This document shows positions 26,846-40,331 of a DNA stretch of 64,000 nucleotides, one piece after another. The stretch lies in NCBI RefSeq assembly GCF_009914755.1, contig NC_060938.1. One strand, given 5' to 3'. The notes under the pieces were generated by a model that ran no database searches, was not told the DNA's origin, and saw only the letters and a list, made by a program, of their open reading frames with translations. The position numbers were made by a program, and so were the translations under genes. This DNA comes from the human T2T-CHM13v2.0 reference genome, Homo sapiens. Each line of letters starts with the position of its first letter. The stretch's first letter is position 1.

Positions 26846-28196
26846 GCATGCCACTGCTGGCTTCCTTCCTCAGACCAGAGCCCCAGCCAGTGATTATCAC
26901 ACGTGAATGGGAGGGGGAGGGCAGATGATGAAAGCAGCCCCTCATTCTCCACCCGAGCCAGGGAAGGGCTCTCCTTGGTGGAAGTGAATATAACTGAACC
27001 ATTAGCCAAGCCAATCCAAAGGAGCCAGAGGAAGATTCCGAATGAAGCAGATTCTATTACCAGCTACCCTGAGGCTGTCCCACCAGCATCTTGGTGCCTG
27101 GACTGGAACCAGTCACTGGATGCAGAAATATTCCAGTTTTTCTGCCTGGCCTAGGGTATGAATGTTAATCTGAGATTACGGTGTGTTTTGGAGGGTTTTA
27201 ATATTCTGTCTTTGAAGCCAGGAGCCATCTGTCTTCTTCCTGTGTTCCCAGCCCATGGCCGACACAGCTGGTGCTCAACAAATGTTTGCTAACCAAAGAG
27301 TGGGAGAGTATGCCTCAAACTTCACCCTTCATCTTTTTGGTATAAGGCTGCTGAAGAGACCCCAAAGGGCCCATGGCAACAATCAATCCAGAGACCAGCT
27401 TGCCAAGCTTCTGTTGGTTCGCTGGGAGAATCCTGGAGCTTCTCTAACCACAGATCAGCCTTTGGATGAGGAAATATAAAGGCATTCACTTCTGGTGGTT
27501 GTGAGAGCATGCGGTGGGGGTAGGGAAGGCACTCAGGCAGGGGCCAGAAGCTCAAGTGACCTTGGTTATGGCTGGGCGACACCAAAGGCCCTGGCAGTCT
27601 GCAGGGAAGTCTATCCCCTGTCCGTGGGAACCTGGAGTCCCGGTACGACGGAAATGCCGTTGAGACTGCTGGACGGGCCTCTGTCCAGACCACTCAGCCT
27701 TTCACCAGAGACTTTCAGTTTCAGTGGCGAGAGTGGTTTCTGAGTTGGAGAAAGAAGAAAGAGGGAGAGGAAATTGACTGGGCTCCCAGGGTGATGGGCG
27801 GGGCTTGTGGTTACCGATGGAAACCTGGAGAAGTGTGCGGGCTACATCATTCTTTCTTTCAACAGACTCGGAGTGTCTGCCCTGGGCCAGGAACTCTGCC
27901 TGACCTCCCAGATGAGGTGTGTGTCTAGAACCTTTCCTTGGGAAGGGAAGGAGAGGGCTGGGGTATGGGGGAGCCTGGACATGAAAAAGAACTACCCTCT
28001 GACAGTAACATTTCCCTCTACTTATTCAAGGTCTGTATGTGCCAGACGGTGCCTAGCACTTTGTATACATTAGCTTATCCGGTGCTCACAAACATCTCTG
28101 AGATGGGCATTACAGTTCAATTTCCAGACATCGTGTCAAAAGCCAAACCCAAGCCTGTCTGCACCAGAGCCTGTGCCCTTCACACAGACTGGTTAA

Positions 28197-28541
<345 letters not shown>

Positions 28542-29307
28542 TGATTCATTTCCTCTCATTTTACTTCTCTTTTTGATAAAGTCTAATGTCAAATTCACAG
28601 TGTCATTATGATGCTTAAATGAGGTAATCTATTGAGGACCTAACCCAGACACCTGGGACACAGGAGGCACCTGTCAGTGGTGGGTGCCATCATTCTCCAT
28701 TCTCCTGAAGATGCCAGGCTGTCTTATCTCCATCGTGCTAAGGAGGACAAGGCAGGTGGGTTCCGGCTTTGGTCATGGGTAGGCCTGAGTTTTAAAGGGG
28801 GAGGACCAAGAGGGAGGCATTGGGAGGTGACACACTGGGGCTGAAGTCAGAGCTGTCTGTCCTGCACCTGCCGCAACCTCTCCCCTTTGCTTCTCTGGAC
28901 TTCGCTTCCATGGTAGTGGTATTGGGAAGGGAAGCTGTCCTTTCACAAAGTACACAAGCTCTTCTCTGACTTCCAGGCCCTTCTGAAAGCAGGCAAGTCC
29001 CAGCCAGGGAAACCTGGAGGCTGGGAGGAGTCTCAGCCTAAGCTCGGACCCAGGGCCAGGTTCTTCTTGGACTGCGCCTGGATTTACCCTCATTTCTTCC
29101 TGTCCCAGCCAGTCTCGAGAGCAAATGCCCTGGGCCTCCTACAAGCCTGTGACACCCCAGCCTGACAGGGACGTGGTGGCAGCAAAGCTGCCAGGGGTCT
29201 TCAGAGCTGGCACGAGACAGGCAAGGGTCTGTGAGGAGACCAGTTAGCAATGTCACAGCGCCTTCTGGCTGGGTCTGGGAAAGACAGAAGGATCTGGAAT
29301 TCTGGAA

Positions 29308-29356
29308 TCCCTCCCTCCCTCCCTCCCTCCCTCCCTCCCTCCCTTCCTTCCTTCCT
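29308..29356. repeat. (CCCT)n/(CCTT)n polypyrimidine microsatellite
   Basis: Directly visible. Confidence 0.9.
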
Positions 29357-29795
29357 CTAGCATTTATTGGGTGCTTATCAGTTGTCCATGTATGGGCCAT
29401 CTAAAGATATGGCCCAGCCCTCAGGAGCTAACAATCTAACAAGCTTAATAAGAAGGCTGACACTCCCAGACACACCGACTCTTCCTCTGCCCCATGAGAA
29501 GAGCACATTTTTCAAGGCAACAGGGCGGAGGTTACAGAGGAGATGTTCCTAAGGTGTCATGTGGATAAAGTTGTTCATGCTCCCCTGCTGCAGGTGGCAG
29601 ACAGGATGCCAGAATGTCACTGAGGGGATGGAAGGGCTCAGGAATTCTCATAGGTGTCTCTGTCCATAGACGTGGGCTCAGCATCAAGGGGCCAGGGCAG
29701 AGACAAGCCAGAAGGCGTGTTGGTGGTGGGCAGTGCGTAGGGAGGGACAGGTGGGTGGTGGGGGGGAGGGCGCTTCCCTCCTTCCCGTTCCTTAC

Positions 29796-29915
29796 CTTGG
29801 CAGTGTCCTTTCCTGACCATGATGTAGCCCTGATCACACTCGCAGTGGTACGAGCCCTCGGTGTTGGTGCACTGCCCCCCGCTGCACACCCCTGGCTGCT
29901 CACACTCATTGATAT
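29796..29915 (-). CDS. LTBP2: LTBP2 exon 18, cbEGF
   Basis: [40 protein letters not shown]; 120 nt. Confidence 0.95.
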
Positions 29916-30240
29916 CTGTGAACACACAGAAAAGCCCTGAGTCACAGCCAGCCCTGGAGGATGGTGGAGGGGGCGGGGTCCTGGAGCATTCCTTCTAGAG
30001 GCCAAGGACAAAGGATGCCATGCTGAGGCCTGGGCAGGGAAGGCATGCTGGCTGCAGCCACAATTGCCTGGAGGGGCTCCTGGGCCAGGTCTGAAATGAT
30101 CTAGCTCAGGCTCCTGATAAACCTGAGTTCCTTTCTCTCAGGGGAGTCTACTCTGGGGACCCATGGGGATCCTTACAACTGTTTCCTCACCCTCATGCAA
30201 GGGCTGATCTGGAGGTGGGGTAGCAGTCCATACAGTATAA

Positions 30241-30680
<440 letters not shown>

Positions 30681-31664
30681 TAGGAACCAAGCAGCCAGTG
30701 AGGGATTGCGTTTTAGGTAACCATGGATCTGTAGGGTGTGGTTTCTGTCACTTTTCCAAAGTATATTGGTGTCCCATCATCTAAAGCCCAACCCCACTCA
30801 CGCCCCTCCACTGCTTAAACTCCTACCAGAGACCCCTGCTACCTCCAGTTCTGTTCGCAGCTTGGCTCACAAGGCCTTTGCCAGCTGGCCCAGCTCTGCT
30901 GTATTTGCTAATTCACACAAGTCCCTTGGTATAGCCTCAGCTATTGCAGATTTCAGCAGTCCAATCTCCAAGCCTTTGTTCACACAAATGCTTCCACCTG
31001 GAGTCTCTTTCCTCACGATGGCCAGCAAATCCCTGCCCCCATTTCAAGGACTGGTTTAATGCATCACCTTTGGGTCCTGTGGGTCCCCATCCCCTGTCCC
31101 CACAGTCAAATTAATCAAGGCCTCACCTTCCCACTCTCCCCCTTAAACTGGGACTGATACAAACACTTCACAGAGTCCTTGTGCAGATTAAATACAATAA
31201 TCCAGGTGAGGGGTTGAGCACTGTGCCCACCTGGCATAAGGTAAGCACTGCAGAAATGTTAGCTATTATTATCCTAGTGTTAAACCCCATAAAATCCCAG
31301 CTCCTCAAGCCTGGCGTGTGAGATCTTGCATGACCGGCCCCAGCCTGCTTCTCATCTGTTTCCTGCCGCCCGCACCTCTCCTACCCTCGCCTAACCTCAG
31401 GACCTGTTCCTGAGCCTCTGCCCACACTGTCCCCTTGCCTGGAACAGCTTCCTACACACCAGTGTGACTGCCTCCCACTTATCTCCAACCCAGCGTCCCC
31501 TGAGGGCCCAGCTTTCAGTGTACCTGTTCATTTACTTGCTTCTCCCTGACTAATGGGAACATGCCTTATTATCTCAGCATCTCCAGTGCCCAGCACAGAA
31601 CCCCAATAAGTGCTTACTGAAGGAATTGAATAATAACCATTTGTTTAAGGACAGTGTCTTCACT

Positions 31665-31845
31665 TGAGCAATACTTCATAAAACTCCAGTGCACAGCAAA
31701 GTCTCTGCCAGAAGGTGGGAAATGCACACTCCTAGGCCCACAGCCAGAGATTCTGATCCTGCTGTACTGGTGGGCCCAGGAACCCACGCTGTTATAGCTC
31801 TTCAGGCAATTCTGGAATAACTGGTGTTCACTGTGAGAAGCTCTA
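31665..31845. mobile_element. MER5-like hAT-Charlie MITE
   Basis: ctcctaggccc..ccagagattctgat..ggtgggcccaggaa motif typical of MER5A/B. Confidence 0.55.
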
Positions 31846-31849
31846 ACCC

Positions 31850-32640
31850 CAATGGAAGAGAGAAGGGAACTCATAGACAGAGCCGTATGTGGGAACTGGA
31901 TGAAGAACTCATTATCCCCTGAGGTCAGGACGACTGTCTGATAGATGGTGCTGGAAAACTCCCTCACTCCATGGAGAAAAATGGAGACGTGAATAGAGAA
32001 AGACCAGGTTCTTAACAGCCATATGAAGATGGACTCCAGATGAATCAAAGCATACCATAAAAGGGAAAACTAGAACTCAATTAAGGTATAGGAGAATATC
32101 TTTATGACTTCAGGATATGGAAGGATTTCTTAAACAAAGCCCCCAAAACACACAAAAATAAGGCAAAATGGTGAATTTCAGTAAATCAAAATTAAGGATT
32201 TCTGTTCCAAGAAATGTAGATAAGCTTAAAGGATAGAGGACAAAATGGGAGCATTGCAATTTCTAAACCCGGCCAAGAATCTAGAATATATAACGGACTC
32301 CTAAAGAGCCCCAGGAAAAAGCAGCAACCACCATTGGAAAACTGAGCAAAAATGGGAGCCAGCAGTTTACAGATGAGGAAACCCACAGGCTAATGTATGA
32401 AGAGATGCTTACATTTATTGGTAAACATTTACTTAGATATTTAATATGTAAATAATTTATCTTATTGATAATATAAATTATGATTTATATTAATTATATA
32501 TACATTATTTAAATAATCTATAAATAGATATAAATATCAAATCATTGAGGTAATGAGATATTACTTTATGAGACTGGGAAGCTTCAGAAAGTGGGTGTTA
32601 TTCTGGACAAGGCCTCTTCCAGTGGTACCCAAGCCCCACT
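31850..32640 (+). mobile_element. Old L1 (L1M) ORF2/3' remnant with AT-rich insert
   Basis: A-rich; motifs gatggtgctggaaaact, gaaggatttcttaaaca, atgaagagatgctt, atgagatattacttt. Confidence 0.6.
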
Positions 32641-33494
32641 GGGAGAAGTACTTAGAGCCAGCCTTGAACCCCACCCCCGTTCCCCAGCTGCTGGGGCTGG
32701 CAGAGACATCTTGGACACCCAGGCTGGCACGGTGGCAGAAACTTGTGTCTGCACCAGTCCTGGTGACACCATTCTCTGCAGCAGCTGCTGCTTATCCCAG
32801 GCCAGCTCCCCAGGCTGGGTGTGCAAAGAGCAGTGCCTCTGGCCCACAACACCCACCTAGACGATTGGAGCCCAGAGAAGCCTCCTTCCCTCAGCCTCTC
32901 TCCTGGCTCCTCCAGCCTGTTCTGAGCCCTGCCCCTTAAGTCAGCTCCCCGGAAGTCAGCTGACCCAGTCACCACTGTTCTGCTCACAGACTTCTACTGG
33001 CTACCCATGCCTGTGAGACAGTGTCCAAGCGCTTCAGCCTGGCACTCAAGACATTTCCCACACTGGCCTCTTCCTCCAGGTAGCCCTGCTCCAGTCATAC
33101 TGCATTCATGATTATTCCCAGAGCATGCCAGGGAACGTTCACTATTCAGGTCTCTGCAGAGATGCTTCTCTCTACCTGGAATACCCTCTGCTCCCTCAAT
33201 TCCTATTCACGCTCCATTCCTATTCATGCTCCAACACCCTGTGTGTAAGGGAGTGTGTCTTTGGAAGCAAACCATGCTTTGGAGCTAGAGTGATTTGATT
33301 CTGTTTCTAGCTCTGTCACCACTAGGTTTGAGGCCCCTGGGTATTTCAATTCACCTCTGAGCCTCAGTTTGCTAAACTATTAAATGGGGCTAAGGATTTC
33401 CATAACATGGAGTTGGGATGATGAGCTTCATATAACAAAATGCTTGGGACATTGCCAGCATATATTAAGTGCTCATTAAATGGTAGCTATTCTT

Positions 33495-33800
33495 GGTCAG
33501 GTGTGGTGGCTCACACCTGTAATCCCAGCACTTTGGGAGGCCGAGGCGGGTGGATCACAAGGTCAGGAGTTCGAGACCAGCCTGGCCAATATGGTAAAAC
33601 CCTGTCTCTACTAAAAATACAAAAATTAGCCGAGCGTGGTGGCAGGCGCCTGTAGTCCCAGCTACTCAGGAGGCTGAGGCAGGAGAATGGCGTGAACCCA
33701 GGAGGCAGAGGTTACAGTGAGCCAAGATTGTGCCACTGCACTCCAGCCTGGGTGACAGAGCGAGACTCCATCATAAATGAATGAATGAATGAATGAATGA
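33495..33800 (+). mobile_element. Alu with (ATGA)n tail
   Basis: Full dimer; TSD aatggtagctatt. Confidence 0.92.
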
Positions 33801-34875
33801 ATGGTAGCTATTTTTATTCTGCTCCATCTCGAGTACCCAAATAATCTCATACAGAACAACTTGCTCCTCATCTGGATCCTACAGTGTCACCATTCACACC
33901 TCACTCATCTCAGCATCCTCAGAGCTTGGCACAGTGCCTGGCACATAGGTGGTGCCAACGCATGAGAGCATAATGAACACTACCCGTGATTCTCCCGCTC
34001 CTCCGTTAAGTTAGGAGGTCTGCCCCTTCTACTTCCCTTCCCTCCATAATCAAGTGATTGGACCTGGATGGCTTTGGTTTCTGTAAACTGGACCCTTGGG
34101 GGATTGGAACCCGAGGGGATCCTGGCAGCAGGAGGGTACACAGCTTCCCTGGCCTCCCTGGGGGTCTGGCCAGAACCAGCAATGTGAGCCCCAAGCACAG
34201 GCAGGGTCCCTCTTGAGGTGAAGGATTTACAACTGGATTATGAATCTTAAGGTGTTGCTTAGAAAGTGCTGCATTATATTATTTGTGAACTTAATCATAA
34301 AAATGTATGTGGAAAAAAATGTATGTGGGGTGTTTTGCATCATTAAAGGGTTTGCGTTGGGAGCGTATTTATCAAGGGTCCCCTGGCAGTGGGCCACATC
34401 TTCCCAGGGAAGTGCAAAGCCCTACAAGTGCCTCCAAGCTGCTGAGGAGCCGTGCTCCTCGTTCAAAGGCACACCTACTCCCAGGTCTGCCAGTAGTCCC
34501 AGCCTGGCATCCTTATGGGTCTCCCTCCTTCCCTGACATGAAACCAGCTCCTTGTCACTCGGAGTTTGGGGGCCTGCTGCATAATCCTCATCTCCAGCCA
34601 TGTCTCCTGACCCTGTGACACTCTTGGTTCCACCCACAATTCCTTAGGGCCTTTGCAGAGATTGCTGGTTTTTGGATTTCTACCCCTCCTTGCCACTGGC
34701 ATAGAATCAGCCTCCTCCCAGATCCAGGCTGGAGTTCTGGTCTCTCCTCCTTCACTCCTTCAGCTGCCCACTCCCCATTCTGCGGCACGGTGTTTGGGGG
34801 TGTGAACCCCTGGTTCCTCTTCCACCCCCTCAAGACTGTGGGGCCTGGCCAAGGGCAAGGGCGGGCTTGGCTTAC

Positions 34876-35004
34876 CTTGACACTCCTGTGTCGCCCCTGA
34901 GGTGGCCAGAGTGTAGCCAGGGTAGCAGAAGCAGGAGTAGGACCCCACGCGGTTGATGCAGCGCCCTTTTCCCTTGCAGGGGTCCCTCAGACACTCGTTG
35001 TCAT
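34876..35004 (-). CDS. LTBP2: LTBP2 exon 17, cbEGF
   Basis: [43 protein letters not shown]; 129 nt. Confidence 0.95.
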
Positions 35005-35754
35005 CTGACCAGAAGAAGGCAGGGAGGGAGGTCAGGGGGGCCAGCGGTGCCGTTCTTTGGGCACCTACCAGCAACCTGCCCACACTAGGGGCTGGGCAGG
35101 GGATGGTGCTGTGTGGCAAGGAAGGGGTGAGGGAGTGGAGGAGGCTGAAAATCTCTAAGGCTGGAAGCCATAAAGTCAGCCCAGTGGGCCCACTCAGGCA
35201 CCAGAAGCCTGGCGTGACTGCCAGCCCCTCCTATCTGCCCCTCGACTCCTTCCCCCAGTAGCCTCATGATTCCTTTCTCCTTTGAAACCACAATGGATAT
35301 TTCTCCCTTATTTGAAAATATTGGGGGGAGGAGGAATGAGGTCCACACTTGATGATTTATCTTAGCCTCAGACCTCCCCCCACGGATGACCCTGGTGGAG
35401 ACATTTGCAACTGGGGCAGTCCTGGGTGTGCTCTCCAGGCAGCAAAATGGCCAGTTTGAGGGGTGGGCTGATCTCAGAGAAGAGGGCTGCCAGGCACAGG
35501 CCAGGATGCATGCAATGGGCTGGCTTCTGTGCTCCTGGAGTCCTGGAGACTCATCGGATGGGGCTCACCGAGACTGGTCTTCCCCTGAAGGTTAAAGTTA
35601 GCTTAGTCCACAGGGACTGTGCTCCTCCTAAACTCATCAACCACCCAGCACTGCTTGGACCTTCTGCTTCTTCCTGGACTCTCAACTCGGCCTCCTAGCC
35701 CCTGCTCCCATCTACCCCAGCCGCCAAGTAAGCCCAGGGCACCCAAGTGAATAC

Positions 35755-35883
35755 CTGTGCAGTAGGCCTGGCTGGGGTGCAGCTGGTAGCCAGGGCTGCA
35801 GACACATCTGTATCCATCGGGGAGGTTCACGCAGGTTCCAGGGCCACAGACGTTGGTGGCTCCAGCAGCGCATCTGTCAATGC
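35755..35883 (-). CDS. LTBP2: LTBP2 exon 16, EGF-like
   Basis: [43 protein letters not shown]; 129 nt; donor gtattc. Confidence 0.94.
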
Positions 35884-38088
35884 CTGTGGGAGACAGAGCA
35901 AAACAGAGGTTATGGCAGGGTGGGTGCTGGACAAAGGCAGTGGAGCGGGGTGGGGACAGTCAGTGGCCAGGGTCTAGGGGCCTCAGAAGGCCAACCTTAG
36001 CCAGGCCCTCCCTCCCATACCCATGCACAGCTTGGCCTTGCATAAGACCCTAGGGGACCTCTGCCCAGCACCCCGAGCCCTACCCAGGATGGAGGTCATA
36101 GTAGGGCATCCCCCTCACCGAGATCTAATGGATAACCCATATTTCCAGCAAATTTCCAGCAAAACCCCTCCATCCTAGCCCCACCCCGAAAATGGGCCTG
36201 ACTCCTACCCAGTGCCCAGCGCCATCCCTCCCTGCAACTCCTGCCCAGTTTTCCCTGGACAGACAGACAGACCTGGTGAGTAAGGTGCTTGGGGAAAACT
36301 GCCAGGGGAAAATGGGAGGGGTGGACTGGGGTCAGCTGAGCAGAGCCTTGAAAGCCACATTGAGACTGGCCTGTAACAAGGATTTTGTGAAAGGTGGGGG
36401 TGGGTCAGAGCAGTCCTAGAAAGGCCACTCAGGCAACGAGATGATGGATGAACTGGTAAGGGAGGTATAGTGGGTCCTTAAAACCTGTTGAAATAATTTA
36501 AATGAGGGTCTGCCTTGGGTGGTGGTGATGGGGTGAGAAGTGGGGAGACAGGTACAGAATTGAGAAATAGTTTGGAGGCAGACTCACTGGGACTCGGGGT
36601 TGAGGCTGTGTAGACAGCAGAGACTTTAGCTTTCTGAACGGTATCCCTAATACTAGAAAAGTACCTGGCACTTAGAACATGCCAAATGGATAAATGAATG
36701 AATGATGCTTCTGCATTTGTGTCCACCCTGAAGTCTTTGCCTGAAGCCCACATGCTCAGGGGTCCCTGCCCTGCCCCCATAGCTTGGGAGAAGCCGAAGA
36801 CCCAAGGGAATGGGTTGGGGAATGGTCTGTACGTGGGTATACAGTGGGGCTTAACAGTCTGCCAGATTGTACTGAATTGAATGTGCACCCAAGGCTACCC
36901 TCTCCCGGGGCCTGGCTCTAAGTTTGTGTCAGCCTTGGGGGTTGTGGGGGCCCTCAGCTGGGTCCTAAATGTCTGCCCAGAGGGGTGAGGTTACAGAATG
37001 GCAGAGGGGAAGGGGGATAGGGCAAAAGGCTGAGGCTGGGGTTGCGGTGGGGACACTCATCCACATGCCAAGAGCTGCTGCTGAGCTTGGCCTGCCCCCT
37101 GCCCCCTGCCCCCTGCTTCCCATCCCTTCCTCCAGGTCCATTTTCCTTGTCAGAAATTCAGCACTCCTCTGCACACTCTGCCTGCTGAGCAGAGGCCAGA
37201 AGGGGATGCTCCCTGGAGCAGCGCTTTGAGCCCAGAGGAGAGAGGTCCCAGGAGAGGTCAGTGGGGTGTGCCTGGGAAGGCTGGACCCCCACTCCCCACT
37301 CTCTGGACTGTTCCACCAGGCACAGGGGCTTTCCCTTTGCTGAAGGAAATCCAGAACCCCCTGACCACCCTCACCCCCAACACAAGGTGACTGGGTCTCT
37401 GGACCCAGTCGTAAGGTTAAGAGAGCAGGAGCCCCAGGAGCGGGCACACACGTGTACAGGGAGCAGCGGCAACAACACCCGCCTTGCTTCTCCTGCACCA
37501 AGTCCCCAGACAATGAGCCTTTAAGGAGGGCACATTCCAGAGCAAGGTGGATTTGCCAGGATCGCCCCCACACCCGCCCCTCGCCCCCATCACTGTAGCT
37601 GACCAGAGGGAGAGGAATGCAGGCTTGGTTAAACAACCTTGAGAAATAGAACCATGTTCCTTCCCGAAAATCAGCCCTCCCCGTGGGCAGGCAGCTGCTC
37701 GCTGCCAGGCACTCTGCTGACTCAGGGGAGTGGCCTGGAAGAGCCAGGATCCCAGTGGCCCTCACTCCCCATGCTCCCCTTCCTTGAGAGGGACCCCCAG
37801 ATTCTCCTGGAAGACCCCTGGCTTCCTTCTCCCATGGTGTCCCTTCTCTTCCCCCTTCTGGGCTTGGGCAGTGCTCCAGGCAGGGCTCTTGTTTTCACAA
37901 GAGGGACCCTGTGTTCTTTGTAAGATGAGGCCAGGGGTGCACAGCCCAGCTGGGAGCCTGCTGGGGACTTTACCTAGTTGGAAAGGTGAGGGGGCATTCC
38001 ATTCATGCCCCTGCCCTGGAGTTGGCTCTGGACAGACACAGCTCACAGGGCAGGGTGCAGGGAGCCCCAAAGGTCTGGCTGCAGCTAC

Positions 38089-38190
38089 CTGGGGTGCTCA
38101 GGGTCACCAGCACATCGGTGGAGGGGGTCACTTGTTCTTCCTGTATCTCTGCAATCCCCTGTTCAGGCATTGGTGGGGTTGTGGCATTCC
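38089..38190 (-). CDS. LTBP2: LTBP2 exon 15, Pro/Thr-rich hinge
   Basis: GNATTPPMPEQGIAEIQEEQVTPSTDVLVTLSTP; cacag| ... |gtagct; 102 nt. Confidence 0.9.
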
Positions 38191-39039
38191 CTGTGGAGGA
38201 GAGAGGGGAAGAGGTGGGGTTGTGGCCCCTTGGCTGGCCATGGCCCTTCCCTCTTCCCTGGTGCTCAGACTCCCAAGAACGAAGGGTGAAGCCTGGGGTG
38301 GGTCACTCCCATGCCTTCCAGTCTCCTGAAAGTTGATCTGGCCCCACTTAGAGAATCTGAGAGCTCTAACAGGCGTTGGAGCACATCCAGTCTAATCCTC
38401 CATGTCAGGGCCAGGAGACTGAGGCTTGCAGAAATGGTCACTTGTCCAAGGCCAGTCAGCTTGTCGGAGGCACAGCTGACACCTGGGTTTCCTAATTCCC
38501 ACTTCAACATTCTTTCACTTCTGCTTACAAAGCATTTCACAGCTTACAGAGCTCTGCCACAAATACCAACATCTTATTTGCTTTGAGAGTCTGCAAGACA
38601 GGCATCAGTGTCTTCTACCGTTTTACAAGAAGCATGAGCTCAGCTTTCCAATGTCTGAACCCAACACCAGTGACAGGCAAGTAGTGGTTTCAGGACAAGA
38701 CCTCTTGGGGGAAAGAGTCTAGCGACCCAGCCAAACACCTGTTTCAGCTAGTGCTGTCTCTTTGTTCTGATTTATGTGCTAAGTGGTGCCATGAAATTTG
38801 CAAAGAGTTCTGTGGCTAGAAAACTATCTGTGAAGCGTCATGGGGTCTCTCGCTGACTTCACAGCACCTTAGGTGTATAGAGAGCTCCCAGAAACAGCAC
38901 TCACAGGCCACGTCCTTCTCACCCTCCTCTGATGTGTGTGTGAGCGTGAACCAGCTCACACATAGTAACTCCACTCCTGATTAAGGGCTCTTTCCCTCCC
39001 TTCTCTTTTGCCTAGGAGCCGCCAGGAAGAGGGACTCAC

Positions 39040-39079
39040 CTGTGACCCAGGCAGGTGCATGAGTGACACTGGTCGTGAC
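39040..39079 (-). CDS. LTBP2: LTBP2 exon 14 (40 nt), hinge
   Basis: VTTSVTHAPAWVT; pyrimidine tract + gcag| ... |gtgagt; phase 0 to 1. Confidence 0.88.
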
Positions 39080-40311
39080 CTGCACAGAAACAGGAGAAGG
39101 TCACTTTTGGCTCCTCTGCCGTACCTGTGATGTGCCACCTTCCACCACACTGACCCCCACCTCCGGGCTTCCTACCAGGAGCTCATTCATGTTTTCATTC
39201 ATTCCAGGTATTGATGAGTTCTTACTCTATGCTGGGCATTCTGCCAGGCACTTTACACACACTCACTTCATTAACCTTCTCAACTATCTTATGATGGGAG
39301 GTTGAAATGATTAAATGAGCTGATGTACATACTATGCCAGCTCAGTGTTGGGTCCATGGTAGAAAATCAGCAATTTGGTGTCAGCTATAACCCTAGCATC
39401 TCAACACAGTAACAGAAGCTCTGGAGGTTCACTAGAGTGCCTGGAGCCACAGGGCCAGAGTGGGGAAGCTGGGACCACAGGTTATACCTGGTGTCCCTCA
39501 ACATAGCCAGTGGACAGAATTTGCTGAGAGGTGGGGATGTAACAGCAGAAGAGTGGGCAGAGGGTGAAAAAGGCCCTGGAGGCTGGCTGCGTCTGTGGGG
39601 ACCAGAGTTAGAGCTTTGGCCTGGGGGGACATCATATGGTGGCCCAGGGACAGAACAAGGCACCCGGAAGAAACTGTATTTGGGAACAGTCAGGTATGCA
39701 GGCTGGAGGGGCAGGGGACAGAGTAGGGACTGAGGCTGATGAGGGAAGAAGCAGATCCCCTCTTCTGGAATGTTTTCCTGGGACGACACCCAGGTTTTCC
39801 CAGGGGAATCTTGGGCACAGGGAAGGGAGTTGGATGCACCTTTCTCCGTGAGGTGGTTTGAGGCTGTTCACAGCTGTGCCCACACTTCCCTGTACACCAC
39901 TCCCAGAGGGACCTGGAGGTTCAACTAAACCAGCGCAGAAAGTGCCAGACCCAGAATGAACTGGAAGCAGCTCCACACCTCGTCTGCAGTGCTTAAAGCT
40001 TGAGTGACAGCCAGGCCTAACAGGACATGTTCCTACTTCCTTTCTGAAGGGGCCCCAGCCCATCCCAAATGGGAAAATGCTTGCACAATGGCTGCTCCAT
40101 AAACAAGAGCTGTTGTTATCACTTCCTTTAGGGTAAAACTGGGTCTTTGGATCAATCCTCCCACTTGGTCATCTCTTCAAGTAAAATCTAACAGATACTC
40201 CATCTTTCTCCCTCTCCCTCCCTCATGAGACACTGCCCTGGGGCCTGAGCTGCTACCAGGTCCTGCTCTCTGCCATGCTTGCCCGGCCCCCTAGTGGGAG
40301 GACGCACTCAC

Positions 40312-40331
40312 CTGGCCAGCCTGAGAGTCAC
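40312..40331 (-). CDS. LTBP2: LTBP2 exon 13, 20-nt micro-exon
   Basis: ttcccttccag|GTGACTCTCAGGCTGGCCAG|gtgagt = (G)DSQAGQ; phase 1 to 0; restores frame between exons 12 and 14. Confidence 0.87.

Noticed and set aside
33199-33232. 17-bp tandem duplication (attcctattcacgctcc x2) and an 11-bp duplication at ~36141
   Set aside because: Ordinary slippage duplications in deep intron with no functional context
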